Origin: Candidatus Saccharimonadia bacterium
GTDB taxonomy: Bacteria > Patescibacteriota > Saccharimonadia > CAILAD01 > BJGX01
DNA length: 64,000 nt
Direction: 5' to 3'
Assembly: GCA_039738615.1 (NCBI GenBank)
Contig: JBCLLP010000001.1
Span: 3,573 to 67,572 of the forward strand
Within the stretch, counting starts at the first letter, position 1; each line of letters starts with the position of its first letter. The notes beneath the pieces are model-generated. The model was not told where the DNA came from. It saw nothing but the letters and a program-made list of their open reading frames with translations, and searched no databases. Shown one piece after another: positions 40,785 through 50,851 of the stretch. Position numbers and translations under genes: made by a program.

Positions 40785-41482
40785 TACTTAACCTCCGTTA
40801 TTTTCAAATGTCCATCTCTGACTACAACAGTTCTGTCGGCATAGGCACTGACTTCGGGATTATGGGTGACTACTACAATAGTTACGCCTTTTTTATTGAG
40901 ATGTTTTAGCAATTCCATTATTTCGGCGCCTGTTTTCGTGTCAAGATTACCTGTAGGCTCATCTGCTAAAATTATACTTGGGTTATTTACAAGGGCTCTA
41001 GCTATGGCTGCTCTTTGAGCCTGCCCACCACTTATTCTATTGGGGCGATTATTAATCTTATCTAGAATACCGACCATCGAAAGCACTTCCTCAACTCGTT
41101 TTTTACGCACTTTGGCCGGCACTCTTTTATAAACTAGTGGCATCTCCACATTTTGTAATATAGTTAAGCGAGGTAGTAAATTAAATACCTGGAATATAAA
41201 TCCTATCTTGTCACGACGCAGCCCAGCTAGCTCTTTATGATTTAATAGATTAGTATCCACCCCATCTAGGGTATAATCACCCTTGCTTGGCCTGTCCAGC
41301 AACCCAATAATATTCATTAGTGTTGACTTACCAGATCCAGATGGACCCATAATAGCCAAAAACTCCCCTTCCTTAATTACTAGATATACGCTTTTAAGGG
41401 CATCATAAATACCAGCATCATCATCGTAACGCTTCGAGAGGTTAGCTAGCTCTATAACTACCTTGGTATTAGTTTTTGGCAT
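40784..41482 (-). CDS. ABC transporter ATP-binding protein (LolD/MacB-like)
   Basis: GPSGSGKS, ISGGQ and ILADEPTGNLD. Confidence 0.95.
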   Translation of the reverse strand: MPKTNTKVVIELANLSKRYDDDAGIYDALKSVYLVIKEGEFLAIMGPSGSGKSTLMNIIGLLDRPSKGDYTLDGVDTNLLNHKELAGLRRDKIGFIFQVFNLLPRLTILQNVEMPLVYKRVPAKVRKKRVEEVLSMVGILDKINNRPNRISGGQAQRAAIARALVNNPSIILADEPTGNLDTKTGAEIMELLKHLNKKGVTIVVVTHNPEVSAYADRTVVVRDGHLKITEVK

Positions 41483-42914
41483 ATATCAAACTCATCAGTA
41501 AATCCCTGTCTACTTTTTTATTATACACAACTCCAGCGTCAGTGGATATCAAATCATTCTTATTAGAAGCATTAAGCTGCCAGTCCTTGGGAGTTTTTAC
41601 GACATTATGGAGCTGGTATGGCCAGCCCCCATTCTGGATTTGGATATAGCTATTATAAGCTATCAGCCCAGATGTGGTGAGCCTATAAGGCAGACGATAG
41701 CTAAAGCTATATTCAGATGACACTAATGGGTCTAGCTCGCTATTAAAGCTATATATATCATAGCCGTGCTCCTTACCATCAGAGCTGATAGCCACGGTGG
41801 CATTGGCTGTATCTAGCTTTGAGTTAGCAGGCAGGGCAAATTTCATACTACTTTTATTAGGTTTTACTAGATAAGTTAGGCCCTTATTTACCGGATCTAC
41901 GTATTCATATGACTGTACTAGCGTCTGGGTACGAATAATCTTAACAGTAATATTAATACTCCCATCGGGGGAGATAGCTATGGATCGCTCAAGTTTTCTT
42001 TCTATAAAGGCGTTACTTTTATCCACGCTATAATTGCTCTCCGATAGCAAAAAGTAATCTGCTCCAAATCCAACCATAGATCCGTCATAGGCTAGATTAG
42101 TAAGGCTCCTGGATAATTCGTAGCTACCAGTATAAATTAGGATTTGTCGGCTAGCTAGAAGATCCCCAATACCTCCTGCCAGGCTAGCTAGCTCTCCAAC
42201 ACTTTTCTTGCTAAGCCTACCAATGAGCTCATTACCAACACTAGTAAGGACTGTCTTGGGGTCTTTCCTGTCCACTTTATCCTGCCCAAACTCAATCTCT
42301 TGCTGGAGAGACTCGGTGATATTATCGGCAGTAATCGTCAAATTATAGTCATTAAGCCTAATTGGACCAGTAGCTGTGATTAAATACTTCAATATATCAG
42401 GCGTTAAGCCTATTACTATGTCCACCGACTTGCCTGATTCAAGCTCAAAAACATTCTTGGCTCTCTTGGCATTAGTAGGCCAATCAAGATTAATTCCGCT
42501 ATCTCTTAAATTGTATAACACGCTACTGCCATTGTTCGGGTCAGTTTCACGATAATCTACTTCGGCAAATTTGTAATCATAATAATACACCGATCGAACC
42601 GGCTCAGGCGTAACTTTGCCCTTGTCTATATTAACATAGCCAATTGTTCCAATAAACCCCCCGCCGTGCCGTGCCTCGGAGTTATTCATAAATAAGATTA
42701 AAATATTTTTACTACTATTTACCCCTAACAAATTCTCAGTCACAATCTTATAATCGTTAATTTTCGTTGTTTTATTCACAACTTTATTAATGATTCCCTG
42801 CGAATTAACTATGATAAAATACAACGCGAATATAATAGCACTTACGGCTACCGTTTTGGCGAGTCTGCTAAATGTTACTGATTTTCTCAAATACAAACCC
42901 TCCGAACTCATCAA
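41469..42914 (-). CDS. DUF4012-family exported protein (start codon uncertain)
   Basis: N-terminal TM helix; LILFMNNSEARHGGGFIG and RDS..N.DWP..A. Confidence 0.8.
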   Translation of the reverse strand: MMSSEGLYLRKSVTFSRLAKTVAVSAIIFALYFIIVNSQGIINKVVNKTTKINDYKIVTENLLGVNSSKNILILFMNNSEARHGGGFIGTIGYVNIDKGKVTPEPVRSVYYYDYKFAEVDYRETDPNNGSSVLYNLRDSGINLDWPTNAKRAKNVFELESGKSVDIVIGLTPDILKYLITATGPIRLNDYNLTITADNITESLQQEIEFGQDKVDRKDPKTVLTSVGNELIGRLSKKSVGELASLAGGIGDLLASRQILIYTGSYELSRSLTNLAYDGSMVGFGADYFLLSESNYSVDKSNAFIERKLERSIAISPDGSINITVKIIRTQTLVQSYEYVDPVNKGLTYLVKPNKSSMKFALPANSKLDTANATVAISSDGKEHGYDIYSFNSELDPLVSSEYSFSYRLPYRLTTSGLIAYNSYIQIQNGGWPYQLHNVVKTPKDWQLNASNKNDLISTDAGVVYNKKVDRDLLMSLIYAKN

Positions 42915-43995
42915 TAAATCGTTGCTCAGAAAAATCCTCGGCTCTCTTTTGCATATCAGCTTTATAAAGGCTCAAGGTATTAAACTTCTGGATGGCTGTG
43001 ATGAGGCTCTGAGCGGTTTGTACGGGATGATACACTCCTGTAACCCCATCTATTACCGTCTCGGTAGCTCCTCCCTTACCGTAACAAATCACAGGGGTGC
43101 CTGACGCCATCGCTTCAACAGGTGTAATACCAAAGTCTTCTTCTGCGGAGAATATAAGAGCCTTAGCCTCCCCATAGAGCCGCTCAATATCCTTATCAGA
43201 TGGATTATCAATAAATTTGATAGTCTTGCCAGCCATTTTTTTAAGCCGTTTAGACTCTGGCCCCCGACCTGCCACAACTAAATCCAGCCCCAACTCATTG
43301 CAGGCTTCGATGGCCAAATCCACTCTCTTATAAGGAACTAGCCTAGAAACTACCAGATAATACGGCTTACTAGCCTGGGGCTTTGAAGTAAACCTATCAA
43401 TACTTACAGGAGGGGTAATGACTTTACTCGCTCTGTCATAATATTTATTTATTCTTAACGATACAGTCTTTGAGATTGCTACTAGATAGTCGGGGCGTTG
43501 GGCTGCAGCATAATCCCAGTTCCGTAATTTTTTAATCATAACGGGCAATACGAGCCTTACTAAAGGATTGAGCACCCCTAGCCCCGGCTGGGCAAGATAG
43601 TCGTAATAGCCACCCCAGTAGTATCGTACTGGGGTGTAGATGTAGCTTATATGTAGGGTCTCAGTAGGGGTAATAACTCCTTTTGACTCAGCACTACAGC
43701 TCGATATCACTAAATCATAATCACTTAAATCTAGGCTTTCAAAAGCCAGTGGCCTTAACCCTGCAAACAATTGATGTTTGGACTTTGCTAGTGGCCAGTT
43801 CTGTAAAAAAGTAGTATGCACCTGATGTTTTTTGAAAATTTTAATTTTATCTGGGTTATACACACTCGTATATAATTCAGCCTGGGGAAAGAGCTTAGTT
43901 AAGCTCTCCACAACTCGCTCTCCACCACCTAGGCCTATTAGCCAGTCATGCACTATCGCAACCTTCAGGCCAGACAGCTGGTGCTTATACTCCAT
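42868..43995 (-). CDS. GT4 glycosyltransferase (WbaZ-like)
   Basis: KVAIVHDWL..GGGERV, SRLVPYKRVD and EEDFGITPVEAMASG; start placed at MEYK. Confidence 0.9.
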   Translation of the reverse strand: MEYKHQLSGLKVAIVHDWLIGLGGGERVVESLTKLFPQAELYTSVYNPDKIKIFKKHQVHTTFLQNWPLAKSKHQLFAGLRPLAFESLDLSDYDLVISSCSAESKGVITPTETLHISYIYTPVRYYWGGYYDYLAQPGLGVLNPLVRLVLPVMIKKLRNWDYAAAQRPDYLVAISKTVSLRINKYYDRASKVITPPVSIDRFTSKPQASKPYYLVVSRLVPYKRVDLAIEACNELGLDLVVAGRGPESKRLKKMAGKTIKFIDNPSDKDIERLYGEAKALIFSAEEDFGITPVEAMASGTPVICYGKGGATETVIDGVTGVYHPVQTAQSLITAIQKFNTLSLYKADMQKRAEDFSEQRFIDEFGGFVFEKISNI

Positions 43996-45406
43996 TACGC
44001 CCAAACACCACCTGCCAAGCAGTCTTTGCTAATATATTGATATCCATCCAAACCGTCCAGTTCTCGATATAGAACAAATTAAGCTTGGTCCTGTCGGCGT
44101 ACTCTAGCTCACTCCTACCCGATACCTGCCAAAGCCCTGTAATACCTGGGCGTATCATAACAATCTGGGCTAGCTTCTTCTCGCCCCCTACTAAACCCAG
44201 CTCCGACTCAGGCAAAGGCCTGGGACCTACCAGGCTCAAATCTCCCTTTAGAACATTGAATAGCTGGGGTAGCTCATCAAGGCTAGTCCTACGCATAAAT
44301 CTACCAAATCTACTAACCCTAGGATCATCCTTAATTTTAGCGTTACGAACAAATTCATCAGCCTTGTCCTTAGGGAGTGTCTTAAGCACATCCTCAATGG
44401 TCCTACCGCCAAACTTTGGCCCCAAGCTATATTCTGCCTTCATAGTCCTAAATTTATAGACATTTATTTTGCTTCCGCTTCGTCCGTAGCACTCGTGGAA
44501 GTATAAGGCAGGTCCAGGCTCACTGAGCCGTATAACGATATAGATTACCATCTGTAAAGGTAAAGATAGCAGTGTAATTATCGTTGTTATTACTACATCG
44601 AATATTCTTTTAAACACCCTCCCCCAGCCCTCTAGCGGTGTTGGCCTGAGTTCTAGCACAGGTATAGATCCAATCTGACTAGAAATAATCTTGGAGGTAT
44701 AAATCCCCGTGATAGTAGGAGCAAATTGATATCCGATATGATGCTGTTGGCAAAACGATAAGATTTCTAGCAATCTAGCTTCGTTAGGGGTGTCATCGGA
44801 GACCATCACTACATCTATTGGCCTAGATTCTAGTAGTTTTTCTAGCTTCCCAGTAGTAACATCGCTAAGGGTGGCAACACTAGCTACTACCTGATAGCGT
44901 CTCTTGAACTGCTTAAGTGCGGCCCTTAGCTCTACTGCCGACTGGCCACTACCAATGAATAAAACTCTATATACACCAATTCCTTGGCGTGCTAGGAGTT
45001 TTTGAACGATAGTCATTACGATTCGCCCCAAGCTTACCAGCGCTATCGCAAAAATAAACCCATAAATGGGTATGATTTTGGCAGGAAAGATAGCATCAGT
45101 ACCCAAAAAATCCACAAGTATTAACACCATCACTCCAGCCGAGCAAGCTGCCACTATCTTACCGATATCAATCCAATTACCTCTATCAGACCTGATACGA
45201 TAGAGGCCAACCATAGCAAATACCACTAGCCACAGGGGCAGGAATAGTATCATAAAATCAAGGTAGGTATAGCCAGGCACCGCTATCGAGAAGGGCTTAC
45301 CACTGCCCTCACGAACAAGATAAGCCAATACAAAGCTAATCACCAGCATTGCATAGTCAACTGGTACCTGTAGGGCTGCCATAAGAAGTTCGCTGCGTTT
45401 TCTCAT
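43985..45406 (-). CDS. Polyprenyl-phosphate glycosyl-1-phosphate transferase (WcaJ/WbaP family)
   Basis: KRIFD, YKFRTM, DDPRV, SLDELPQLFNVLKGDLSLVGPRP and PGITGLWQVSGR. Confidence 0.93.
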   Translation of the reverse strand: MRKRSELLMAALQVPVDYAMLVISFVLAYLVREGSGKPFSIAVPGYTYLDFMILFLPLWLVVFAMVGLYRIRSDRGNWIDIGKIVAACSAGVMVLILVDFLGTDAIFPAKIIPIYGFIFAIALVSLGRIVMTIVQKLLARQGIGVYRVLFIGSGQSAVELRAALKQFKRRYQVVASVATLSDVTTGKLEKLLESRPIDVVMVSDDTPNEARLLEILSFCQQHHIGYQFAPTITGIYTSKIISSQIGSIPVLELRPTPLEGWGRVFKRIFDVVITTIITLLSLPLQMVIYIVIRLSEPGPALYFHECYGRSGSKINVYKFRTMKAEYSLGPKFGGRTIEDVLKTLPKDKADEFVRNAKIKDDPRVSRFGRFMRRTSLDELPQLFNVLKGDLSLVGPRPLPESELGLVGGEKKLAQIVMIRPGITGLWQVSGRSELEYADRTKLNLFYIENWTVWMDINILAKTAWQVVFGRNGV

Positions 45407-45477
45407 AATATTATTGTATCATCTTAATAAATAACATTCGCCTTTAATAAATCAAGCGAATGTTATTTAAGTACTAC

Positions 45478-46033
45478 AAGCTAGCTATAAGCCGAATTTT
45501 GTTCCCCTCATCACAGAATTCAAACATAAACTTATGTGGTGAGGGGTGATGACCATCTATCTTAAGCTAGCAAAAATGCTAGCAGACCTGTGCGTACTGC
45601 ACATGGTGCGATATACCCCAAATAAGACGAGAAGTCTCTCCGCCTAAACGGAAGGGCCCATAATCTTGCAGCCGGTAGGGTTTACCTCCCCTGATAATCA
45701 CTTACCAGAACTGGGGGCTCTTAACCCACTCTTTTCACCCTTACCCAGCCATTTCAACACTTCGCTAGCAGTCAATCATACCTATAAAAAATTAACTTGT
45801 AATCTATTAGGATATCAAAGCGCTGAAATGGCTGGGCGGTATAGTCTCTGTGGCACTTTCCCGAGGATTACTCCTGGTCGCAATTAACGACTACCGTACT
45901 CTATGCTGTTCGGACTTTCCTCCCAGCCATTTCAAGGATTATTTTAGCAACTCTTCTTGCGATATATCCTACAATACCGGTGATAGTAACTAGCTATAAT
46001 CACTAAAATAGCTGGGCGGTCATCCGCTAGCTC
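45478..46033 (-). ncRNA. rnpB: RNase P RNA, unusually long (~555 nt)
   Basis: Minus strand GAGGAAAGTCCGAAC, AGTGCCACAGA, GGTAAGGGTGAAA, GGTAAACCC and GAACAAAATTCGGCTTATA; P1 is gagctagc/gctagctt. Confidence 0.93.
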
Positions 46034-46070
46034 ATAGTAACAATATTATACTATATTTAATATTTTTTGT

Positions 46071-46481
46071 CTATTTAAGGCTATCTAATACTTGATTTAC
46101 TACTGCATCGGCTTGCTTGTTGTCTTCTCGATATACATGAGTGTAAGTTACCTCAATACCTTGTGCTAATTCCCTAATCTTAGCATTAAGAATTTTGATA
46201 TTATCGTTTTTGACTCTATATATACCATTGAGCTGCTTGACCACTAGCTCGCTATCCAAATAAAAGTCGGCTTGTAGCACGCCCATAGCCTTAAGCCTAT
46301 CCATAGCCACCACTACAGCGCTATACTCAGCATAATTATTGGTCTGTACGCCTAGAAACTTACCTATTTCTTCAATTATCTCACCCTTAGGGGATTTAAT
46401 AACGACTCCTAACGCAGAAGGCCCGGGATTACCCCTAGATCCACCGTCACAATAGACAATGACTTTGGCTATTTTATCCAT
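46071..46481 (-). CDS. rnhA: Ribonuclease HI family protein
   Basis: YCDGGSRGNPG, TNNYAEY, DSELVVKQ and HVYRE.N..AD. Confidence 0.9.
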   Translation of the reverse strand: MDKIAKVIVYCDGGSRGNPGPSALGVVIKSPKGEIIEEIGKFLGVQTNNYAEYSAVVVAMDRLKAMGVLQADFYLDSELVVKQLNGIYRVKNDNIKILNAKIRELAQGIEVTYTHVYREDNKQADAVVNQVLDSLK

Positions 46482-47265
46482 TTTTTGCTCTTAATAGCCA
46501 GATACTAATCACCGATAAGCCCAATACTACCCTATAAATTACAAATACCAGCAGTGAATGCTTTTTAAGATAACTAAGTAGCCAAGCTATAACTGCTATC
46601 CCAATACCAAAGGCAATAATTATACCTAGAACCGTCATCCCTACTGACACTCCTGTGCTTGGCTCAGAAATTATTTGGGTAAATTTATAAAGCCCCGCCC
46701 CCAATGATATCGGTGTGGCCAACAAAAAGCTAAAGCGCGCCGCAGACTCCCTGTTGAGCCCTAGGTACTCCCCTGCTGTGATTGTTATCCCAGATCTAGA
46801 AGTACCGGGAATTAGAGCCAAGACTTGAGCAAAACCAATAAACAATGCTCTTTTCTTACTGATATGGTTCAAATCCTTATCTAACTTGGCCTTACGATCG
46901 ACATAATACATTAATATTCCAAAAAAAATAATGCCCAACCCGATGACCAGTGCGGCATAGCTAGACTGATGAAAGTACTTGTCGATAAGCTTATCACCTA
47001 AGAAACCAGCTATGGCAGCTGGGACTGAAGCGATAACTATATACCATAGCAACTTATCACGCCTCTTAAACAGTCCATAAAAGTCCTTCCAGAAAAACAC
47101 CAGTAACGCTAGGGCCGTACCAATATGAATTGCCGCATCAAAAGACAAGCCTGGGTTTGGCAAATTAAAAGCCCACGGCAATAAAAACAAATGAGCAGAG
47201 CTAGAAATAGGCAAAAACTCGGTAATTCCTTGTAGTATAGCCAGCGTAACGACCACAACTACCAT
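46474..47265 (-). CDS. uppP: Undecaprenyl-diphosphate phosphatase
   Basis: QGITEFLPISSSAH, PGTSRSG and AARFSFLL. Confidence 0.95.
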   Translation of the reverse strand: MVVVVVTLAILQGITEFLPISSSAHLFLLPWAFNLPNPGLSFDAAIHIGTALALLVFFWKDFYGLFKRRDKLLWYIVIASVPAAIAGFLGDKLIDKYFHQSSYAALVIGLGIIFFGILMYYVDRKAKLDKDLNHISKKRALFIGFAQVLALIPGTSRSGITITAGEYLGLNRESAARFSFLLATPISLGAGLYKFTQIISEPSTGVSVGMTVLGIIIAFGIGIAVIAWLLSYLKKHSLLVFVIYRVVLGLSVISIWLLRAKNG

Positions 47266-47678
47266 AGCTTAACTCCCCCTACCTTCTTGATATACCCCTC
47301 AAACTTTTCTGCCTCAACGACTCTCTGGGCTAGGCTGGCTGGCTTAGCATTGGTATGGTCAACATCAGCAATAGCGAATAATGAAAAAATGTGTATGTGA
47401 ATATGTGGAACATCAAAGCCCACCGCCATTAAGCTTACTTTTGGTGGATTATAAATTATCTTGGTAGCTCTACCAAAGAACTGTGCTACAGTCATTAAAT
47501 GTGTAAAGTCGGCGCTACCGAACTCCTGCCAATCAGCCACTTCAACAATTGGAATAATTAGTAGATGACCTGGATTGTGAGGCATATTTGTAAGCATTAC
47601 AAAACACTTATCATCCTCAAAAAGCACTCTTCCGGGCAATTCTTGTAGTCTGATTTTAGTAAAGATAGATTGCGACAT
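47259..47678 (-). CDS. HIT family protein
   Basis: SIFTKI, PGHLLIIP and VPHIHIH. Confidence 0.9.
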   Translation of the reverse strand: MSQSIFTKIRLQELPGRVLFEDDKCFVMLTNMPHNPGHLLIIPIVEVADWQEFGSADFTHLMTVAQFFGRATKIIYNPPKVSLMAVGFDVPHIHIHIFSLFAIADVDHTNAKPASLAQRVVEAEKFEGYIKKVGGVKLW

Positions 47679-47683
47679 AGCCC

Positions 47684-50086
47684 CTATCCTACATCTTTAA
47701 GGTCATCAATATCAAGGGTTAAGTTGCTACCAGGCTTTAATTCACCGGTCAAAAGCTTCTGGGCGATTAGGTTTTCTACAAGTCTAGAGATAACACGGCG
47801 CATAGGTCGAGCGCCAAGCCGAGGGTCATAGCCAAGCTCTACCAGGTGGACTAGTGCTGGCTGGGTCAAGACTATAGATACTTTTTTGCCAGCCAGCTCC
47901 TTATTGACACCAGCTATAATTAAATTAGCAATCTCCAATAGCTCATCTCTAGTTAATGGCCTAAATAGCACAATCTCATCAAATCTATTGATAAGCTCAG
48001 GTCTGAAGATATTGTCGGTAATTAGTTTATCAGTTAGCTCGGACTCAAAATCCTCGAGCTTTTTGCCTGCTGATATCTGAGTTCTAATATCGTTAGCTCC
48101 GGCGTTAGAGGTGCATATAATAATTGACTCCTTAAAACTCACCTTATGACCGTGATCATCGGTTAATATGCCTTCATCAAGCATTTGTAATAGTAAATTC
48201 AGTATGTCTGGGTGAGCTTTCTCAATTTCATCTAGTAGGATGACACTGAAAGGGTTTTGGTTGATCTTTTGTAAAAAGCTACTGCCAGTATCCTGCATAC
48301 TAGCCGAGGCCAGCAGACGCTTAATATCGCTTTTGTTTTGATATTCACTCATATCCAGCCGATTCATATTCTCTTCATTCCCAAAATACACCGACGCCAG
48401 CGACTTGGAAAGCTCAGTTTTTCCGACACCAGTGGGGCCTAAAAATAGAAAGCTCCCAATAGGTCGGTGGGTATTGCGCACCCCAGCCCTAGAACGTCTC
48501 AATGCATCAGATACAACCTTAACGGCCCGACTTTGGTTAATCATTCGCTTATGTATTAAGTCCTCAAGGTTTAGTAGCTGTGTCTTCTCATCCTCCGATA
48601 CTTTACTGACCTTTGTGTTGGTTAGTATCTCAGTTGCTTTGGCAACTGATTCTTCGGTGATAAACCCATCTACAGGGTAATTCATACTATCGGAAAGCAA
48701 GTCTATGGCTCTGGCTGGCATAGCCTTATTGCGCAGATAGCGCTCCGACATTTCATAGGCAGTTTGAAGGGCTTTGAATGTAACCATCCCCTTGCTTCTA
48801 GACTCTAGCGCTATCGATATGTCTTGAAGAATGCCAATTGTCTGTTCCTTATCAGCTGGCTCAACATCTACTCTGGCAAACATACTAGCCAGGCTGGGGT
48901 TAGCCGAGCTAACTCTGCTCCAATCATCAAGATTAAAGCTAGTTATAATACTGACACTCCCTGACTGCAGGGCTGGCAATATTATACCTGATATATCTAC
49001 TGTACCTGACCCACTACCAAAGAATAGCTGGGCTTCATCAAGATAAAGAATAATATTACCTGCCCTATTGGCGTTATTAATTATTTGCCCAAAAATCAGC
49101 TCCAGGCTAACATTTCCATTAACCGCGGCCGTGACGGCACCAGAATCTATTTGTACTATTTGCTTATAGGCCAGTGCGGGTGAGACCTCCTTACCCTCAA
49201 TCAATTTCTCTGCCAGGGCATAGACAATGGCCGTCTTACCAACCCCAACTTCTCCTACCATCGCTAGGTTATTTCTATCTGATTTGCCCAGATTTGTAAG
49301 CATCTGCTCTATTACATGACCTCTATGCACCCCCGAGAAATCTAGCTGACCATCCATAATTGCTACGCTGATATTTGAGCCAAACTGGTCAAGTACCTGG
49401 GTGAAGCCAGAGGCCCAGTCACGGCCAATTCCCCCATAGCTATCATAGCCCCTGGGCTTAAGACTACGAGCCCAAAACGACTCTTCCCACATCAAGCCAC
49501 CAACAATATCTTGCATTTCCATACTATTCTCCCCTAGCCACTGATCCATCACAGCATTCTCCATAAACATCGCTGTTATCAGCACCCCAGCTGATATTTC
49601 CCTCACGGGAGCCTGGCCAGCTATCATAAATGCTCTATTCCATAATGAAGCCGAATCCTTAAGATCATCAGACAGGCTACCAGCCAGCTGCCTAATATCC
49701 ACTTGATAGCGAGCAATTATAAACCCAGACTGCCAATTACTGGCAATTGCCGACAAAATCTGGCGGGGGCTTTGTTTGTCATTTACTAAGAATACGATGT
49801 CGTCTGTGACTACATCATCTAGGATAATTACGGCAGCATCTTGGTTATAAATGGCACCAATATCACCCAAATCCCACCTAGCCCAGAGAGCAAACATAAC
49901 ACCTAATAAGCCAATACCCCATAGTATATTTGCTGGATGAATTTTCACTACGAACACCAGTACTAGTCCAGCAATAATTAGCACCCAAGACAGTACCAGT
50001 ATGTTACGGGTCAGGCCAGTACTAAAATGACTGATAAACTGAGCCTTTTTAACTCTTAAGGAGTTCTTATAGGCAACGGGCTTCAT
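47684..50086 (-). CDS. Membrane-anchored ClpA/B/C-type AAA+ ATPase
   Basis: Two N-terminal TM helices; Walker A motifs GEVGVGKT and GPTGVGKT; LLDEIEKAH, FRPELINRFD and GARPMRR; start placed at the ATGA overlap (50086). Confidence 0.9.
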   Translation of the reverse strand: MKPVAYKNSLRVKKAQFISHFSTGLTRNILVLSWVLIIAGLVLVFVVKIHPANILWGIGLLGVMFALWARWDLGDIGAIYNQDAAVIILDDVVTDDIVFLVNDKQSPRQILSAIASNWQSGFIIARYQVDIRQLAGSLSDDLKDSASLWNRAFMIAGQAPVREISAGVLITAMFMENAVMDQWLGENSMEMQDIVGGLMWEESFWARSLKPRGYDSYGGIGRDWASGFTQVLDQFGSNISVAIMDGQLDFSGVHRGHVIEQMLTNLGKSDRNNLAMVGEVGVGKTAIVYALAEKLIEGKEVSPALAYKQIVQIDSGAVTAAVNGNVSLELIFGQIINNANRAGNIILYLDEAQLFFGSGSGTVDISGIILPALQSGSVSIITSFNLDDWSRVSSANPSLASMFARVDVEPADKEQTIGILQDISIALESRSKGMVTFKALQTAYEMSERYLRNKAMPARAIDLLSDSMNYPVDGFITEESVAKATEILTNTKVSKVSEDEKTQLLNLEDLIHKRMINQSRAVKVVSDALRRSRAGVRNTHRPIGSFLFLGPTGVGKTELSKSLASVYFGNEENMNRLDMSEYQNKSDIKRLLASASMQDTGSSFLQKINQNPFSVILLDEIEKAHPDILNLLLQMLDEGILTDDHGHKVSFKESIIICTSNAGANDIRTQISAGKKLEDFESELTDKLITDNIFRPELINRFDEIVLFRPLTRDELLEIANLIIAGVNKELAGKKVSIVLTQPALVHLVELGYDPRLGARPMRRVISRLVENLIAQKLLTGELKPGSNLTLDIDDLKDVG

Positions 50087-50442
50087 AATGCAACCCCCAC
50101 TACAGACAGCGCCAAAAGCAGTGGTGCTAACGGCCAAGCAACCATAAATATCGCACTTAAACCAATAAACAGCATAATTATCACAACCGCTGCAAAAACT
50201 ACAGTTACTCTGACTGTAAAGCCAACCATCCTAGAAACTGCATTATCAATGATTGCGCGGCCTCTTTCTTGGGCGGAGTTGCCTGAGTCTGTGATAATTT
50301 TACGCCATGGCTCAAAAAGCGTCTTTAGCAAACTAACTACAGAAAACCTTTGCCAAATAAAATTAATAAAACCAATAGATCGTCTAAATAATTCTTTTAG
50401 ACCATGTCCATACCACCAGGAAAAGAACTCGGCTAATAACAT
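50083..50442 (-). CDS. Small membrane protein coupled to the Clp ATPase
   Basis: WWY...FS...LLKTLFEPW...SRMVGF; its stop overlaps the ATPase start. Confidence 0.8.
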   Translation of the reverse strand: MLLAEFFSWWYGHGLKELFRRSIGFINFIWQRFSVVSLLKTLFEPWRKIITDSGNSAQERGRAIIDNAVSRMVGFTVRVTVVFAAVVIIMLFIGLSAIFMVAWPLAPLLLALSVVGVAL

Positions 50443-50501
50443 AAGCGTATTATACCAAGACTTGAGCTAGTACGCTATATCGGCTATTATAAGGGCATTG
50501 T

Positions 50502-50577
50502 CGGGGTGTGGCGCAGTTGGTAGCGCGTACGGCTGGGGGTCGTAAGGTCGCAGGTTCGAGCCCTGTCACCCCGACCA
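50502..50577 (+). tRNA. tRNA-Pro(GGG)
   Basis: CGGGGTG acceptor stem, anticodon arm TACGG-CTGGGGG-TCGTA, GTTCGAG T-loop and encoded CCA. Confidence 0.96.
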
Positions 50578-50851
50578 AGCAAAGGGTCCACCGCAAGGTA
50601 GGCTTTTTGCTTGCCTTAAGGGGTGACAAGGGCCAGAAACCCAAAAGTTCGGTGTAATAGAGGGCTAAAAATAGCCTTGAATTAAAAAATAAAATAAAAA
50701 GAATTATCATTATCTAAATTAGATTTTATAGGCTCTAACAGGTATAAAAACGCAATAAATAAAAATTTTGAACATAAGTCTTTACATAATAGTTATGCTA
50801 TGACACAATGTTTATGTATTTTAGTAATTTATGTGCGCCAAACTCTAAACT

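Noticed and set aside
50502-50850. Genomic island integrated at tRNA-Pro or tRNA-Val
   Set aside because: No duplicated tRNA 3' end and no integrase were seen.
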